Shown: positions 1 through 10,720 of the stretch, in pieces | Layout of the letters: each line of letters starts with the position of its first letter | How positions within the stretch are numbered: position 1 is the stretch's first letter | NCBI GenBank assembly: GCA_036505215.1 | Contig: DASXTW010000160.1 | Span: 12,825-76,824 of the forward strand | Direction of reading: 5' to 3' | From: Actinomycetota bacterium | GTDB taxonomy: Bacteria > Actinomycetota > UBA4738 | Length of the DNA stretch: 64,000 bases | The notes under the pieces: generated by a model | The model's input: the letters and a program-made list of their open reading frames with translations, nothing else | Databases searched by the model: none | What the model was told of the DNA's origin: nothing | Made by a program: the position numbers and the translations under genes

Positions 1-1107
1 ATCCGACACAGTGAGAGAGATCCGGACGAAGCCTTCGCCGTGCCGCCCGTACCCCGTCCCCGGCGACACCACCACCGCTGCCTGGTCGAGGAGCTCGTCC
101 GCGAACCCGGCGGCGGTCCGGCCTCCGGGGGTTGGAACCCACACATAGACGGACCCCAGGGGCGGCTCCAGGTCCACCCCGACGTCCTGGAAGGCCGACA
201 CCACCACGTCTCGCCGCTTCTGGTAGACGGCGCGCATGTGCTCCACGTGGTCCAGCGGTCCGTCGAGGGCGGCAACCCCGGCCCGCTGCACGGCATTGAA
301 GATGCCGGAATCGAGGTTCGTCTTGAGGGTGGCCAGGGCCCGGATCGCCTCGGTGTTGCCGACCACGAACCCGATCCGCCATCCGGTCATGTTGTACGTC
401 TTGGACAGGGAACCGAACTCGATGGCCACGTCCCTGGCTCCGGGCACCTGCAGGAGGCTCGGCGCCACGAATCCGTCGAAGGTGATCTCGCTGTATGCCG
501 CGTCATGGCACAGGAGCAACGAGTGCTCGCGGGCGAAAGAGACCGCACGCTCGAAGAACGGCAGCTCCGCCACGGCCGCGGTCGGGTTGCTCGGGTAGCC
601 CAACCAGATCAGCCTGGTCTTCTGCGATGGGCTCAGTTCGTCGAAGTCCGGCTGGAACCCGTTCGAGGCGTCGAGCGGCATCGACACGGCGCGCCCACCG
701 GCCAGCATGACACTCGTGGCGTAGACCGGATACCCGGGGTCCGGAATGAGGGCCTCGTCGCCGGGGTCGATGAAGGCGAACGCCAGATGGGCCACCCCTT
801 CCTTCGACCCGATGAGGGGGAGGACCTCCGTGTCCGGATCGAGCTTCACTCCGAAACGCCGGGCGTAGAAGTTCGCGATCGCAGCCCGAAACGAAGGCAG
901 GCCATAGTAGGAAGGGTATTGGTGCGTCGCGGGATCCTCCGCCGCCTCCTGCAGGGCCTCCACGACATGCCGGGGCGTCGGCAGGTCCGGATCGCCGATC
1001 CCCAGCGAGATGACGTCCTCCCCCGCTGCCCGCTTGGCGGCTACCTTCTTGTCGAGTTCGGCGAACAGGTACGGAGGGAGAGCGCTGATCCGGTCGGCCG
1101 TCCTCAC
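1..1107 (-). CDS. dapL: LL-diaminopimelate aminotransferase, DapL type (C-terminus beyond window edge)
   Basis: This gene is not in the ORF track because no stop lies in the window. My reverse translation from GTG 1107 reads VRTADRISALPPYLFAELDKKVAAKRAAGEDVISLGIGDPDLPTP...SLSKTYNMTGWRIGF...GEGFVRISLTVSD. That matches DapL (TIGR03540-type) aminotransferases as I recall them. The GTG overlaps the dapF stop (GTGA). Confidence 0.85.
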   Translation of the reverse strand, partial: MRTADRISALPPYLFAELDKKVAAKRAAGEDVISLGIGDPDLPTPRHVVEALQEAAEDPATHQYPSYYGLPSFRAAIANFYARRFGVKLDPDTEVLPLIGSKEGVAHLAFAFIDPGDEALIPDPGYPVYATSVMLAGGRAVSMPLDASNGFQPDFDELSPSQKTRLIWLGYPSNPTAAVAELPFFERAVSFAREHSLLLCHDAAYSEITFDGFVAPSLLQVPGARDVAIEFGSLSKTYNMTGWRIGFVVGNTEAIRALATLKTNLDSGIFNAVQRAGVAALDGPLDHVEHMRAVYQKRRDVVVSAFQDVGVDLEPPLGSVYVWVPTPGGRTAAGFADELLDQAAVVVSPGTGYGRHGEGFVRISLTVSD

Positions 1108-1982
1108 CGAGCGGCTCCCTCCGTCGCCTTGCCGAGCCACCGATCGTCCAGCTCGGCGTCGTAGACGCATACGGCGGGCCCCGTCAGGAAGAGGTGATCG
1201 TCGTCCTCGCGCCATCTCACTCCGAGCAGGCCGCCGGGAAACTCGACCTCGGCCGCCCGGCCGGTCCATCCTGCGAGCACGCTCGCCACCAGGGACGCGC
1301 AAGCGCCGGTCCCACATGCCATGGTCTCCCCCACCCCGCGCTCCCAGACGCGCATCTTGATGCGCCCGTGCGTGGGCTGGATGAACTCGACGTTGGTCCG
1401 GTTCGGGAACTCCTCCCGAACCTCGATTCGGGGTCCGAGCGAAGCCACCGGAAATGCGGCCAGATCTTCTGAAGGATCCACGAACAGCACGACGTGCGGG
1501 TTGCCCATCGACAACGCGGTGGCGGTGAATGTCCGGCCGTCGACCAGGAGCTGCTGGCCGATGAAGGTCTCGGTCGGTTCCCCGACCATGGGGATGGCCT
1601 TGCGCTCGAATGCGGGAGGCCCCATGTCCACCGTCACGGTCCGAACGGCGCCATCCCGAGCATCAAGCACCAGGTGTTTGACCCCGGCTCTGGTCAGCAC
1701 GTCGAGCTGGGTGTCGGACGTGAGCCCGCGATCGAAGACATACTTGGCCAGGCACCGGATGCCGTTGCCGCACATCTCCGCGGGCTCTCCCTCCGCGTTG
1801 TAGTAGTCCATGAAGAAATCGGCGTCGGGGGCCGGTGCGATCCGGATCAGTCCGTCCGCACCCACTCCTCTGCGACGGTCACACAGAGCCGCGATCGTCC
1901 TCGGGTCCAGGCGGATCCGGTCCTCGACATCTTCGATCATCACGAAGTCGTTCCCCGTCCCGTGGTACTTGGAGAACCGCAT
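1104..1982 (-). CDS. dapF: diaminopimelate epimerase
   Basis: 292-aa ORF. MRFSKYHGTGNDFVMIED and the two catalytic Cys contexts (MCGNGIRC, ACGTGA) are typical of DapF. Confidence 0.95.
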   Translation of the reverse strand: MRFSKYHGTGNDFVMIEDVEDRIRLDPRTIAALCDRRRGVGADGLIRIAPAPDADFFMDYYNAEGEPAEMCGNGIRCLAKYVFDRGLTSDTQLDVLTRAGVKHLVLDARDGAVRTVTVDMGPPAFERKAIPMVGEPTETFIGQQLLVDGRTFTATALSMGNPHVVLFVDPSEDLAAFPVASLGPRIEVREEFPNRTNVEFIQPTHGRIKMRVWERGVGETMACGTGACASLVASVLAGWTGRAAEVEFPGGLLGVRWREDDDHLFLTGPAVCVYDAELDDRWLGKATEGAAR

Positions 1983-2948
1983 TCAGACCTCCGCCGTCAC
2001 GATCGTCTTCGGCTCCGTGGGTGATTGATCTCCTCGAAGATACGCCACGATCTCCTCTACGATCTCGAGCGCGCCTTCCTCTCCGGCCACAAACCATCGG
2101 ATCCGGGGGTCGCGCCGAAGCCATGCCATCTGCCTCCGCGCCAGCGCCTTCGTGCGGCGGATCGTCGTGGCCGCCGCCTCCTCGTGCCCGATTGCGCCCT
2201 GAAGGAAGCCCACCGCTTCAGCGTAGCCGATGGCCTGAGAGGAGGTCAGGAGGGAGCCGAATCCCCGTTCCAGCAATCGCCGGGTCTCGTCGAGCAACCC
2301 AGGCATCATGGCTGTCACGCGCTGCTCGATCCTTCGATGGAAGAGCGATCGCGGCAGGTCGATGCCGGCGGCTCGGACGGCGTCCTTCGGATAGGAATCC
2401 CAATCCCCGGCGAAGGACGAGAAAGGCCTTCCGGTGATGGCTGCCACCTCCAACGCTCGTACGGTGCGACGGGCATTGGTGGATTCGATCCTGCGAGCTG
2501 CCTCCGGATCGAAGGTCTCCAGACGTCGGTAAAGCGCCTCGGGCCCGAGTACGGAGGCCTCGGCCCGGAGGAGAGAACGCGTGCGGGGCGCGGTTCCCGG
2601 GAACTCAAGCCCGTCCACAACCGCCCTGTAGTACAACCCGCCTCCACCCACCAGGAGAGCCCGCTTGCCCCGGGACTCGATGTCGGCCAGCGTCTCTCGG
2701 GCGAGCTGCTGGAAACGGGCGACCGAGAAGGGCTCCGCCGGATCGACCAGATCGACGAGGTGGTGCGGGACGCGCTGGCGCTGCTCGAGGGTGGGTTTGG
2801 CGGTCCCGATATCCATTCCCCGGTACACGAGCATCGAATCGACGCACACGATCTCCGCTCCAAGGGCCTCGGCTATCGGTAAGGAGGCCTCGGTCTTCCC
2901 GGAGGCCGTCGGCCCCATAACCGCGAGCAGCACCTTGCGCGAGATCAC
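1983..2948 (-). CDS. miaA: tRNA dimethylallyltransferase
   Basis: 321 aa with P-loop GPTASGKT and an overall MiaA layout. Its stop abuts the dapF start. Confidence 0.95.
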   Translation of the reverse strand: MISRKVLLAVMGPTASGKTEASLPIAEALGAEIVCVDSMLVYRGMDIGTAKPTLEQRQRVPHHLVDLVDPAEPFSVARFQQLARETLADIESRGKRALLVGGGGLYYRAVVDGLEFPGTAPRTRSLLRAEASVLGPEALYRRLETFDPEAARRIESTNARRTVRALEVAAITGRPFSSFAGDWDSYPKDAVRAAGIDLPRSLFHRRIEQRVTAMMPGLLDETRRLLERGFGSLLTSSQAIGYAEAVGFLQGAIGHEEAAATTIRRTKALARRQMAWLRRDPRIRWFVAGEEGALEIVEEIVAYLRGDQSPTEPKTIVTAEV

Positions 2949-4360
2949 GGTACGGGCGGCGCGTAGCCGCCGGGGGCCCCCCGCGATCGAGCCGCAGGCG
3001 AGCGAGCGGGGGTGGCGGCGTCAACAGCCGCCACGATAGGGCTCGCACGAAGCTGCCCATCCAAGTGGTGGGGATGCGCGCCCGTCACAAGGACGTCGGC
3101 GAACTCTCCCTGATCCATGGCACCCGCGAAGTGGACGAGCTTGTTGGTTCGGGTGCGACCCTGCATGTTGCCCTTCCGGCCTTCGCCCTCCACGAGCACC
3201 TCGAACGCCTGACCCACCATCTCCTGGTTTTTCTCCAGCGAGACCCGTTCCTGGAGCTCGCACAACCGCTCGAACCGCTCCTGGACCACCTCTTTGGGGA
3301 CCTGCTCGGCGAACGCAGCCGCGGCGGTTCCAGGCCTCGCCGAGTACTGAAAGGTGAACGCGGCGTCGAATCGCGCGGTGTCAACCACCCGCAGCGTGTC
3401 CTCGAAGTCCTCCTCGGTCTCCCCGGGGAACCCCACGATGATGTCCGTGGTGACCGCGACCCCAGGGATGCGCGCCCGAATCCGGTCCAGCCAGGACAGA
3501 TATCGTTCCGCTCGGTACGAGCGGCGCATCTGCCTGAGGATCCGATCGGACCCCGACTGCATCGGAAAGTGGATGTGTTCGCATACCGTTTCGCACTCGG
3601 CCATGGCTTCGATGACGTCCTCGGTGAAGTCGTGCGGATGAGGGCTGGTGAACCGGATGCGCCGGAGCCCCTCGACGCTGCCCAGTGCCCGGAGCAGCTC
3701 CGCGAAGAGTGGACGCCGGCTCGACCCGGGAACCGTGATGTCCCTGCCGTACGTGTTCACGTTCTGCCCCAGGAGGGTCACCTCGACCACGCCATCCCGG
3801 ATCAGGCCCTGCACCTCGGCCAGGATGTCGCCGAGGGGCCGGGAGAGCTGGGGGCCTCTCACCAGCGGGACGATGCAGAATGTGCATCGGTTGTCGCAGC
3901 CCACGCTCACCGAGACCCACGCGTGCCAGGAGGACTCCCGCCGGGCCGGAAGGGCACTGGGGAACACCTCGGTGTACTCCCGAACGTCCATCTGAGGCCC
4001 TTCGCGCTCGGCTGCGCGGATCAGCTCCAGCAGCGAGGGAAGGGCGTGCGTGCCGATGACGACGTCCACCCAGGGGGCCTTGCGCTGAATCAGCCCCTGA
4101 TCCTTCTGGGCCAGACAACCGGCGACCACGATCCTCATGCGTGGGTTGCGCTCCTTGAGCGGCTTCAGATGCCCGAGGCTTCCATAGAGCCGATTGTCTG
4201 CGTTCTCTCGGACCGCACAGGTGTTGAGAACCACCACTTCGGCCTCGGTCGCGTCCTCTGTCCTGGCGTATCCGTCCGCATCGAGCAGCCCGGCGATCCG
4301 CTCCGAGTCGTGCTCGTTCATCTGGCACCCAAATGTGCGCACGAGATAGCGACCGGTCAC
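2945..4360 (-). CDS. miaB: tRNA-2-methylthio-N6-dimethylallyladenosine synthase (radical SAM)
   Basis: 471 aa with N-terminal [11 protein letters not shown] and the radical-SAM motif CDNRCTFC. It has a 4-nt overlap with miaA. Confidence 0.95.
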   Translation of the reverse strand: MTGRYLVRTFGCQMNEHDSERIAGLLDADGYARTEDATEAEVVVLNTCAVRENADNRLYGSLGHLKPLKERNPRMRIVVAGCLAQKDQGLIQRKAPWVDVVIGTHALPSLLELIRAAEREGPQMDVREYTEVFPSALPARRESSWHAWVSVSVGCDNRCTFCIVPLVRGPQLSRPLGDILAEVQGLIRDGVVEVTLLGQNVNTYGRDITVPGSSRRPLFAELLRALGSVEGLRRIRFTSPHPHDFTEDVIEAMAECETVCEHIHFPMQSGSDRILRQMRRSYRAERYLSWLDRIRARIPGVAVTTDIIVGFPGETEEDFEDTLRVVDTARFDAAFTFQYSARPGTAAAAFAEQVPKEVVQERFERLCELQERVSLEKNQEMVGQAFEVLVEGEGRKGNMQGRTRTNKLVHFAGAMDQGEFADVLVTGAHPHHLDGQLRASPIVAAVDAATPARSPAARSRGAPGGYAPPVP

Positions 4361-4419
4361 GCTCCCGAATCTAGCAGAGGCGTGACCGGCCGCTTTACAG
4401 ACGTTGGTCGATGACGAGG

Positions 4420-4953
4420 TTACGGGCCTGCGACGGTCGTGCCGGTCGTCCCCGCCGGCGCGACCACAACCGTTCTCGTCCCGAAGAATCCTCCGATCAG
4501 GGCGACGATTCCCCCGGCCAGAGCCAGCCAGGCGCCGACCTTGACATCGGCGACCGTCAGGTCCGCCCGATAGACCTCGATCAGGAACAGGATGAACCCC
4601 GCGATGCCAAGAGCCCCGGCGAACCTGGTGAGCCAGCCGGATCGTGGAGCCAACCCCACGATGGCGAGCAGCCCCAGCACGATCATCACGAACCCGACGG
4701 TCTCGATGAAGGTCGAACTCTGCCTGTCGAGATTGGTCTGCCAGAACGCGCGGATGTCCAGGTCGACCCCCGTGTTGCCCTGGAACCAGTCGAGGAACGC
4801 ACCGACGATCAGCCCGGCCGCCCCCGCCAGTGTGAGGACGATCCGAACCAAAAGCCCCGCGATGCTCCAGCCCGTCCGGGCCGAGGGCGCAGCCGCTGCC
4901 GTGTGCGTGTACACGGGCTCGACGTGCTCGTGTTCGTGGGCAGGATCAGCCAT
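4420..4953 (-). CDS. hypothetical multi-pass membrane protein
   Basis: The ORF has about 4 hydrophobic helices and a His/Glu-rich N-terminus ([13 protein letters not shown]). I prefer the internal ATG at 4953, which is preceded by AAGGGGG, over the track start at 5001. I recognise no family. Confidence 0.55.
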   Translation of the reverse strand: MADPAHEHEHVEPVYTHTAAAAPSARTGWSIAGLLVRIVLTLAGAAGLIVGAFLDWFQGNTGVDLDIRAFWQTNLDRQSSTFIETVGFVMIVLGLLAIVGLAPRSGWLTRFAGALGIAGFILFLIEVYRADLTVADVKVGAWLALAGGIVALIGGFFGTRTVVVAPAGTTGTTVAGP

Positions 4954-5077
4954 CTTTGCCCCCTTTCTCTTCCTTGCCCAGGTGTACCCCACGCAAGGCA
5001 AGGACTAAACGAGAGTGTGCCCATCCGGGGTCTGTGAGAAACCGCCTCTGAGCAGGGACGACAGGACGAGCGGCGCC

Positions 5078-6610
5078 CTACTTGGCGAACTCCACGGCGC
5101 GAGTCTCCCGAACGACGGTGATCTTGATCTGACCCGGGTACTGGAGCTCCTCTTCCACCTGCTTGGCGATGTCCCGGGCGAGTACTTGCGCCGCCACGTC
5201 GTCGAGCTCCTTCGGCTTCACCATGACCCGCACCTCCCGACCGGCCTGCATCGCGAAGGTCTTCTCGACGCCGGCGTATGAGGTACAGATCTCCTCGAGC
5301 CGTTCCAGCCTCTTCACGTAGGTCTCCAGAGACTCCCTCCGGGCCCCCGGACGGCTGCCCGAGATGGCGTCGGCCGTCTGGGCCAGCACGGCTTCGATGG
5401 TGCGCTGTTCCACCTCGCCGTGGTGCGACTCGATGGCGTGGACAACCTGGGGCGACTCCTTGAGCCGGCGAGCGAGCTCCGCCCCGATGAGCGCGTGAGA
5501 GCCTTCCACCTCGTGGGTCACGGCTTTGCCGATGTCGTGGAGCAGCGCGCACCGCTTCACCAACCTGGAGTCGATCCCCAGCTCGGAGGCCATGGCCGCC
5601 CCGATGTGCGCCGACTCCACCAAGTGCCTGAGGACGTTCTGGCCGTAGGACGTCCGGTATTGGAGACGCCCCAGCACTCTGATCATCTCTGGGTGAATGT
5701 CGGTGATCCCGACCTCGGCCAGGGCTTCCTCGCCCGCCCGCTTGATCTGCTCGTCCACCTCCGTCAGCGAGCGCTCGTGCATCTCCTCGATGCGAGCCGG
5801 GTGGATCCGGCCATCCGAAACCAGCTTCTCCAGCGTCAGCCGGGCCACCTCGCGCCGGACCGGGTCGAAGCACGAGAGGACCACGGCTTCGGGAGTGTCG
5901 TCGATGATCAGGTTGACCCCGGTGAGCGCCTCGAAGGACCGGATGTTCCTGCCCTCCCGCCCGATGATCCGGCCCTTCATGTCGTCGGAGGGCAGGGGAA
6001 AGACCGAGACCGTCGACTCCGCCGTCTGTTCAGAGGCCACCCGCTGGATGGCGATCGTCACGATCTTCCTGGCCCGTTTCTCCCCCTCTTCCCGGGCCCG
6101 CTGCTCGATCTCCCGCACGGTGGCCATCGAATCTCTCTTCGCGCCGTCCACCACCTGCGCGATGAGCGCGTCCTTGGCCTCCTGAGCCGTGAGGTGGCTT
6201 ACCCGCTCCAGCTCACGCCGCTGCTCCATGGCGGCCCGAGAGGTCTCCTCCCGAAGCCGCTCGAGCTCCTTCTCCGTCCTGCCCAGCCGCTCTTCCTTCG
6301 AGGACAATTCCTGCAGCTTTCCATCCAGCTGCTCCTCCCACCGGGTCAGCCGTTCCTCGTTCCGCCTGACTTCCTCTCGCCGGAGGCGAACGTCTTGTTC
6401 CGCCTCCTTGCGCATGGCGGAGATCTCCTGTTTGACCTCCACCAGTGCCTGGCGGACACGGGTCTCCGCCTCGAGCTCGGCGTCGGCCACGAGCTTTGCC
6501 GCTCTGGACTCCGCCGTCTGCAGCCGCCTGGCAACCATGGCCTTCCTGGCCGCGAATCCCACGGCGAGGCCCGCCACCAGGGCCAGCGCCGCCACCAGCG
6601 CCGTCGTCAT
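5078..6610 (-). CDS. rny: ribonuclease Y
   Basis: 510 aa with an N-terminal TM helix, a coiled-coil, a KH motif ([12 protein letters not shown]) and an HD domain (LLHDIGK). The SD GAGGAGGAAG lies before the ATG. Confidence 0.95.
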   Translation of the reverse strand: MTTALVAALALVAGLAVGFAARKAMVARRLQTAESRAAKLVADAELEAETRVRQALVEVKQEISAMRKEAEQDVRLRREEVRRNEERLTRWEEQLDGKLQELSSKEERLGRTEKELERLREETSRAAMEQRRELERVSHLTAQEAKDALIAQVVDGAKRDSMATVREIEQRAREEGEKRARKIVTIAIQRVASEQTAESTVSVFPLPSDDMKGRIIGREGRNIRSFEALTGVNLIIDDTPEAVVLSCFDPVRREVARLTLEKLVSDGRIHPARIEEMHERSLTEVDEQIKRAGEEALAEVGITDIHPEMIRVLGRLQYRTSYGQNVLRHLVESAHIGAAMASELGIDSRLVKRCALLHDIGKAVTHEVEGSHALIGAELARRLKESPQVVHAIESHHGEVEQRTIEAVLAQTADAISGSRPGARRESLETYVKRLERLEEICTSYAGVEKTFAMQAGREVRVMVKPKELDDVAAQVLARDIAKQVEEELQYPGQIKITVVRETRAVEFAK

Positions 6611-6630
6611 CGCTTCCTCCTCGTCAAATC

Positions 6631-6671
6631 AAAAAAGCCGAGCCGGAGGCCTCTTCGGCCACCTGCTCGGC
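6631..6671 (-). terminator. intrinsic terminator between recX and the rny RBS
   Basis: On the minus strand, GCCGAGC-aggtGGCCgaagaGGCCtccg-GCTCGGC is followed by TTTTTT. It ends about 10 nt before the rny SD. Confidence 0.7.
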
Positions 6672-6818
6672 GACGGTATGGAGAAACGAGACGAGCGGCT
6701 ACCTACAAGGGCCTGCTCGCTGCCTCACTCGTACCTCCGCGAACCTCTCGTCCAAGACTCTTCGCAAACGTGTCGTGTACCGAACTGGTGTTTGTCCGAA
6801 TCAGCCTCTCAAATTCAC

Positions 6819-6847
6819 AATGTACGGCCGAAAGACCCCTCTTGCAA
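6819..6847 (-). promoter_or_regulatory. candidate sigma-A type promoter (TTGCAA-17 nt-TACATT) upstream of the rny leader
   Basis: The hexamers and 17-nt spacer were read directly on the minus strand, in an unusually AT-richer patch downstream of recX. Confidence 0.3.
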
Positions 6848-6874
6848 TACCCGGGCCCCAAAGTGCGCCGTGCG

Positions 6875-7381
6875 TCAGGGCTCCTGTTCGCCCAGATTTG
6901 CCTGCATGACCTCGCGTAATGCCACTCCGCAGGCGTCTCGGGCAATCGCCGGTCCGTACCCACGGCGGAGGAGCAGGCCGTACAGGCGCCGATAGGCTGC
7001 CTCCGGCTGCAGGCTGGCCAGTCGGGGTGCCCGCTGGCGAGCCAGCTCCGCTGCCCGCTCCGCTTCCTCTCCGGCCTGCTCGAGGGCCTCGTCCACGATC
7101 TCGCGGGCTACCCCCTTCTGAAGAAGGGTGGCCCGGATCGATCGGTTGCCCACCAGCCGTCGACCAACTTGGTCCCGAACCATCTCCCTGGCAAACCGCT
7201 GGTCCTCGATCAGCCCCGCGTTCTCCAGGTCCTCGAGAGCCTGCTCCACATCCTCGGGTTCGAACCGGGCCGATCGGAGGCGGCGACGGATCTCCTGGCG
7301 GCTGCGCCACCGCACCGCGAGCAGCAAGAGCGCGCGATCCTTCGCCGAGCCCCGAGGCTTCTTCGGCGCTCTCGGATCCAC
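6875..7381 (-). CDS. recX: recombination regulator RecX
   Basis: 168 aa, Arg-rich helical-repeat protein immediately downstream of recA. Sequence and position are typical of RecX. Confidence 0.9.
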   Translation of the reverse strand: MDPRAPKKPRGSAKDRALLLLAVRWRSRQEIRRRLRSARFEPEDVEQALEDLENAGLIEDQRFAREMVRDQVGRRLVGNRSIRATLLQKGVAREIVDEALEQAGEEAERAAELARQRAPRLASLQPEAAYRRLYGLLLRRGYGPAIARDACGVALREVMQANLGEQEP

Positions 7382-7415
7382 TCGGGCCCTCCGGGGGCCG
7401 GCCAGCCCCTTCCCC

Positions 7416-8471
7416 TTAACCGGCCGGCGCCCCGGCGGGCTCGCTTTCGACCTGATCCACCTGGATGACCTCGTCCTCGTCGAACGAAGTCAGCCCCACC
7501 GCCTCGCGGACCCTCCGCTCGATCTCCACCGCGATGTCCAGGTGCTCCGCGAGGAACGCTCTGGCGTTCTCCTTCCCCTGGCCGAGCTGATCACCCTCGT
7601 AGGTGAACCAGGCGCCGCTCTTCTTCACGATCTCAGCGGCCACTCCCATGTCGAGCAGGCTGCCTTCTTTGGAGATGCCCTTGCCGTACACGATGTCGAA
7701 CTCGGCCAGCCGGAATGGCGGGGCCAGCTTGTTCTTCACTACCTTGACCTTGACCCGCGACCCCACGACCTCCTGCCCGTCCTTCAAGTTGTCGATCTTG
7801 CGGACGTCCAGGCGGACGGACGAGTAGAACTTCAGCGCCCGGCCACCCGGGGTCGTCTCGGGGTTGCCAAACATCACCCCGATCTTCTCCCGGAGCTGGT
7901 TGATGAACATGGCCGTGGTGTCGAACCGCGACAGCGACCCGGCCAGCTTGCGCATGGCCTGGGACATCAGCCGGGCCTGCAGTCCGACGTGGGAATCCCC
8001 CATTTCGCCTTCGATCTCGGCCCGAGGCACCAGGGCCGCCACCGAGTCCACCACCACGATGTCGACGGCACCTGAACGCACCATCATGTCGGCGATCTCG
8101 AGGGCCTGCTCGCCGTTGTCGGGCTGGGAGACCAGCAGCTCGTCGATGTTCACGCCGAGGGTCCGGGCATAGGTAGGATCGAGGGCGTGCTCGGCGTCGA
8201 TGAACACCGCGATGCCGCCACCGCGCTGGGCCTCGGCGATGATGTGCAGGCAGACCGTGGTCTTGCCCGAGCCCTCCGGCCCGAACACTTCCACGATCCG
8301 TCCGCGGGGGATGCCCCCGATCCCCAGGGCGATGTCCAGGGCGAGCGACCCTGTGGGGATGACCGAGATCCCCTGTCCGGCCGGATGCTCGCCCAGTCGC
8401 ATCACGGCTCCCTTCCCGAACTGCCGCTCGATCTGTGACAACGTGACGTCGAGCATCTTCTCCCGCTCCAT
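7416..8471 (-). CDS. recA: recombinase RecA
   Basis: Unmistakable RecA sequence ([19 protein letters not shown]). I prefer the start at ATG 8471 (MEREKMLDV..., SD GAGGAGG 8 nt upstream) over the track start at 8567. Confidence 0.97.
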   Translation of the reverse strand: MEREKMLDVTLSQIERQFGKGAVMRLGEHPAGQGISVIPTGSLALDIALGIGGIPRGRIVEVFGPEGSGKTTVCLHIIAEAQRGGGIAVFIDAEHALDPTYARTLGVNIDELLVSQPDNGEQALEIADMMVRSGAVDIVVVDSVAALVPRAEIEGEMGDSHVGLQARLMSQAMRKLAGSLSRFDTTAMFINQLREKIGVMFGNPETTPGGRALKFYSSVRLDVRKIDNLKDGQEVVGSRVKVKVVKNKLAPPFRLAEFDIVYGKGISKEGSLLDMGVAAEIVKKSGAWFTYEGDQLGQGKENARAFLAEHLDIAVEIERRVREAVGLTSFDEDEVIQVDQVESEPAGAPAG

Positions 8472-8612
8472 CCCTGGAACCTCCTCGATCCACCGCGCGC
8501 CGCCCATTGCTCGAGACTCTTTGGTGGCGCTCCTTCTGGTGGGGACTCTAGCGGTTGGGTCCGACATAAATTACACCTCTGTAGTTCGAAGTGCGAACTC
8601 GTCGGATCCTAC

Positions 8613-8628
8613 TCGAACATGTGTTCGA
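8613..8628. promoter_or_regulatory. LexA (SOS) box TCGAACATGTGTTCGA upstream of recA
   Basis: This is a perfect TCGAAC-N4-GTTCGA palindrome, the actinobacterial/Gram-positive SOS box form. It lies about 140 nt upstream of the preferred recA start. Confidence 0.8.
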
Positions 8629-8818
8629 GGTCAACCATCGCTCGCCGGCCGGGCGACCAGCGCCCGACCCTCAACCCTCAAAGCCTCCGCTTTCGTCGAT
8701 CCACACCGAAGAGGATCCTCGCCAAGGCCCGCCTATGCATGCCGGGATTCTAGATTCGTTCAGAAGCGTTGGGGAGGTAGGTGTACGGGAACCACGCTCC
8801 CACGAAGATCAAGAGGAG

Positions 8819-9418
8819 TCAGGCTGAGGTCGCCAGGGGCGCCTTGAGGATCGGGTCGTAGGTGGCGCCCTTGGGTGACAAGTGACTGCGGTACAGCACC
8901 AATCGGTCCACGGGGAACGAGTCCGAGGGGACGGCCGTCCCCACCAGGTCGGGAATGAACTCCCTGATGTTCCGGGGAGGGTTCAACCTCGCTAGCGTCA
9001 GGTGAGGCGTGAATGCCCGCTTCTCCGGAACGAAATGCTCCGCGAGCAGATCGTCAAGTCGCTTGACCATCAGGGCAAACCGACCGTCCGCATCCTCCAG
9101 GCCCGCCCACACCACGCGGGCCCTACTCGGGCTGGGGAAGACTCCGATCTCCGTGAGCCTGGTCTCGAAGGCCTCTGTTCCTTGGGCGACCGCCTGGACC
9201 GCTTCGCGGACTGACTCCAGGAGCCTCGGCCACGTCGCTCCCAGAAACTTCAGCGTGACGTGCCACCCATCGGAGCGAGTCCATCTGGCTCCCGGAATCC
9301 GTTCCCGATACCGCCCTGTCGCCGACGCCAGGTCAGCCTTGACCGAATCCGGAACGTCGACGGCGATGAAGAGCCTGAGAGGCTTCGCCTCCGGGCGGGC
9401 GGCGCGGTTTCGAGCCAT
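8819..9418 (-). CDS. thpR: RNA 2',3'-cyclic phosphodiesterase (2H phosphoesterase, ThpR/LigT)
   Basis: 199 aa with the two H-x-T-x motifs HVTLKFLG and HLTLARL. Confidence 0.85.
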   Translation of the reverse strand: MARNRAARPEAKPLRLFIAVDVPDSVKADLASATGRYRERIPGARWTRSDGWHVTLKFLGATWPRLLESVREAVQAVAQGTEAFETRLTEIGVFPSPSRARVVWAGLEDADGRFALMVKRLDDLLAEHFVPEKRAFTPHLTLARLNPPRNIREFIPDLVGTAVPSDSFPVDRLVLYRSHLSPKGATYDPILKAPLATSA

Positions 9419-9436
9419 CCCCCTGCGTACCAGCCC

Positions 9437-10720
9437 TCAGGCGTTGACCGCGCCGGTGGACGGACCGAGGTCGGCAGGCTCGGGCAGCCCTTCCAGGTAC
9501 CGGCGCAGCATGTCCAGGCCGGCCTGCTCTGCCCACCGTCTGACCTGCTCACGATCTCCCGGCGCGCGGAAAGACCGGGACTCCTCCCGATCCTCGGCGG
9601 AGACGGCCACGCACACGGTGCCCGGGGGCTTGCCGTCGTGGTTGTCGGGTCCGGCCACTCCGGTGAGCGCCAGCGCGACGTCGGCCTCGTAGATGCGGCG
9701 CGCCCCCTGGGCCATCTCAATCGCGCACTCTTCGCTCACGACCCCAGGACCCTCGATCGTTTCCCTTCGCACGCCGAGGATCTCCCGCTTGGAATCGGCC
9801 GTGTAGGTGACCGCCGAGCCATTGAAGTACTCGGAGGCACCGGCAGCGGAGGACAGACGAACGCCGACGTTCCCTCCGGTCAGGGACTCGGCACAGGCCA
9901 CGGTGAGTCCCCTCGACGCCAGGAGCCGGCCCACCACCTGCTCCAGCTCCTCGTCGCTCGTCGAGAAGACGTGACGGCCGAGACGCTTCACCACTTCGCC
10001 GGCCAGCGGGTCGATGAGCGCTTCCGCCTCCGGTCTCGAAGCGGCCTTGGCCGTGAGCCTCACCTTCACTTCGCCCGAGGATGCGAGGTAGGCCACCGTG
10101 GGGTTTGACGACGACCGAAACAGGTCATCGAGGAGTTCGGCTACCTTCGATTCGGCGATGCCCGTGGCCTTGATCGTTCGCGATACCAGGGCAGCGGGGC
10201 CGGCCATCTCCGCGAGCTCGGGAAGGATCGTGCCGCTCATCATCTCCCGCATCTCGGCCGGGACCCCCGGAACCGCGTACACCCTCTTCCCCTGCGGCGT
10301 CGCAGCGATCAGACCCGGAGCGGTTCCCCGGTCGGGAAGGATGTACCGTGCGCCCTCCGGGACATCGGCCTGGACCAGGTTGATGTCCGGCATCTCCCTG
10401 CCCAGGCGATCGAACTTCGCGCGGAGGAATTCCTCGATCTCGGGATGCCGGACCAGCCGCACCTCGAGCGCCGCAGCGAGGCCTTCGCGGGTGATGTCAT
10501 CCTGCGTGGGCCCCAGCCCTCCGGTAGCGATGACCACGTCGGAGCGGGAAAGGCCGAGGCGAAATGCAGCCTCGATCCTTTTCAGGTTGTCCCCTACCGC
10601 CTGGTGGTACGGGACATCCACCCCGATCTCGGCGAGCTGCTGGGAGATCCACTGTGCGTTGTTGTTGCAGATCTGCCCGAGCAGGATCTCGGTTCCCACC
10701 CCGATGATCTCCGCGTTCAC
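9437..10720 (-). CDS. cinA: competence/damage-inducible protein CinA (MoCF-binding plus PncC-like domains)
   Basis: VNAEIIGVGTEILLGQICNNN is a canonical CinA N-terminus. GTG 10720 overlaps the pgsA stop (GTGA), and the track extension to 10999 overlaps pgsA. Confidence 0.9.
   Translation of the reverse strand: MNAEIIGVGTEILLGQICNNNAQWISQQLAEIGVDVPYHQAVGDNLKRIEAAFRLGLSRSDVVIATGGLGPTQDDITREGLAAALEVRLVRHPEIEEFLRAKFDRLGREMPDINLVQADVPEGARYILPDRGTAPGLIAATPQGKRVYAVPGVPAEMREMMSGTILPELAEMAGPAALVSRTIKATGIAESKVAELLDDLFRSSSNPTVAYLASSGEVKVRLTAKAASRPEAEALIDPLAGEVVKRLGRHVFSTSDEELEQVVGRLLASRGLTVACAESLTGGNVGVRLSSAAGASEYFNGSAVTYTADSKREILGVRRETIEGPGVVSEECAIEMAQGARRIYEADVALALTGVAGPDNHDGKPPGTVCVAVSAEDREESRSFRAPGDREQVRRWAEQAGLDMLRRYLEGLPEPADLGPSTGAVNA

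Noticed and set aside
40-1164. 374-aa plus-strand ORF covering the first kilobase.
   Set aside because: It is antisense to a clearly recognisable DapL aminotransferase frame and has an Arg/Pro/Gly/His-rich nonsense composition. This is a typical stop-poor antisense frame of GC-rich DNA.
8584-8598. Second LexA-like motif GTTCGAAGTGCGAAC near recA.
   Set aside because: It is not a GAAC-N4-GTTC palindrome and only resembles half-sites, so I did not call it as an operator.
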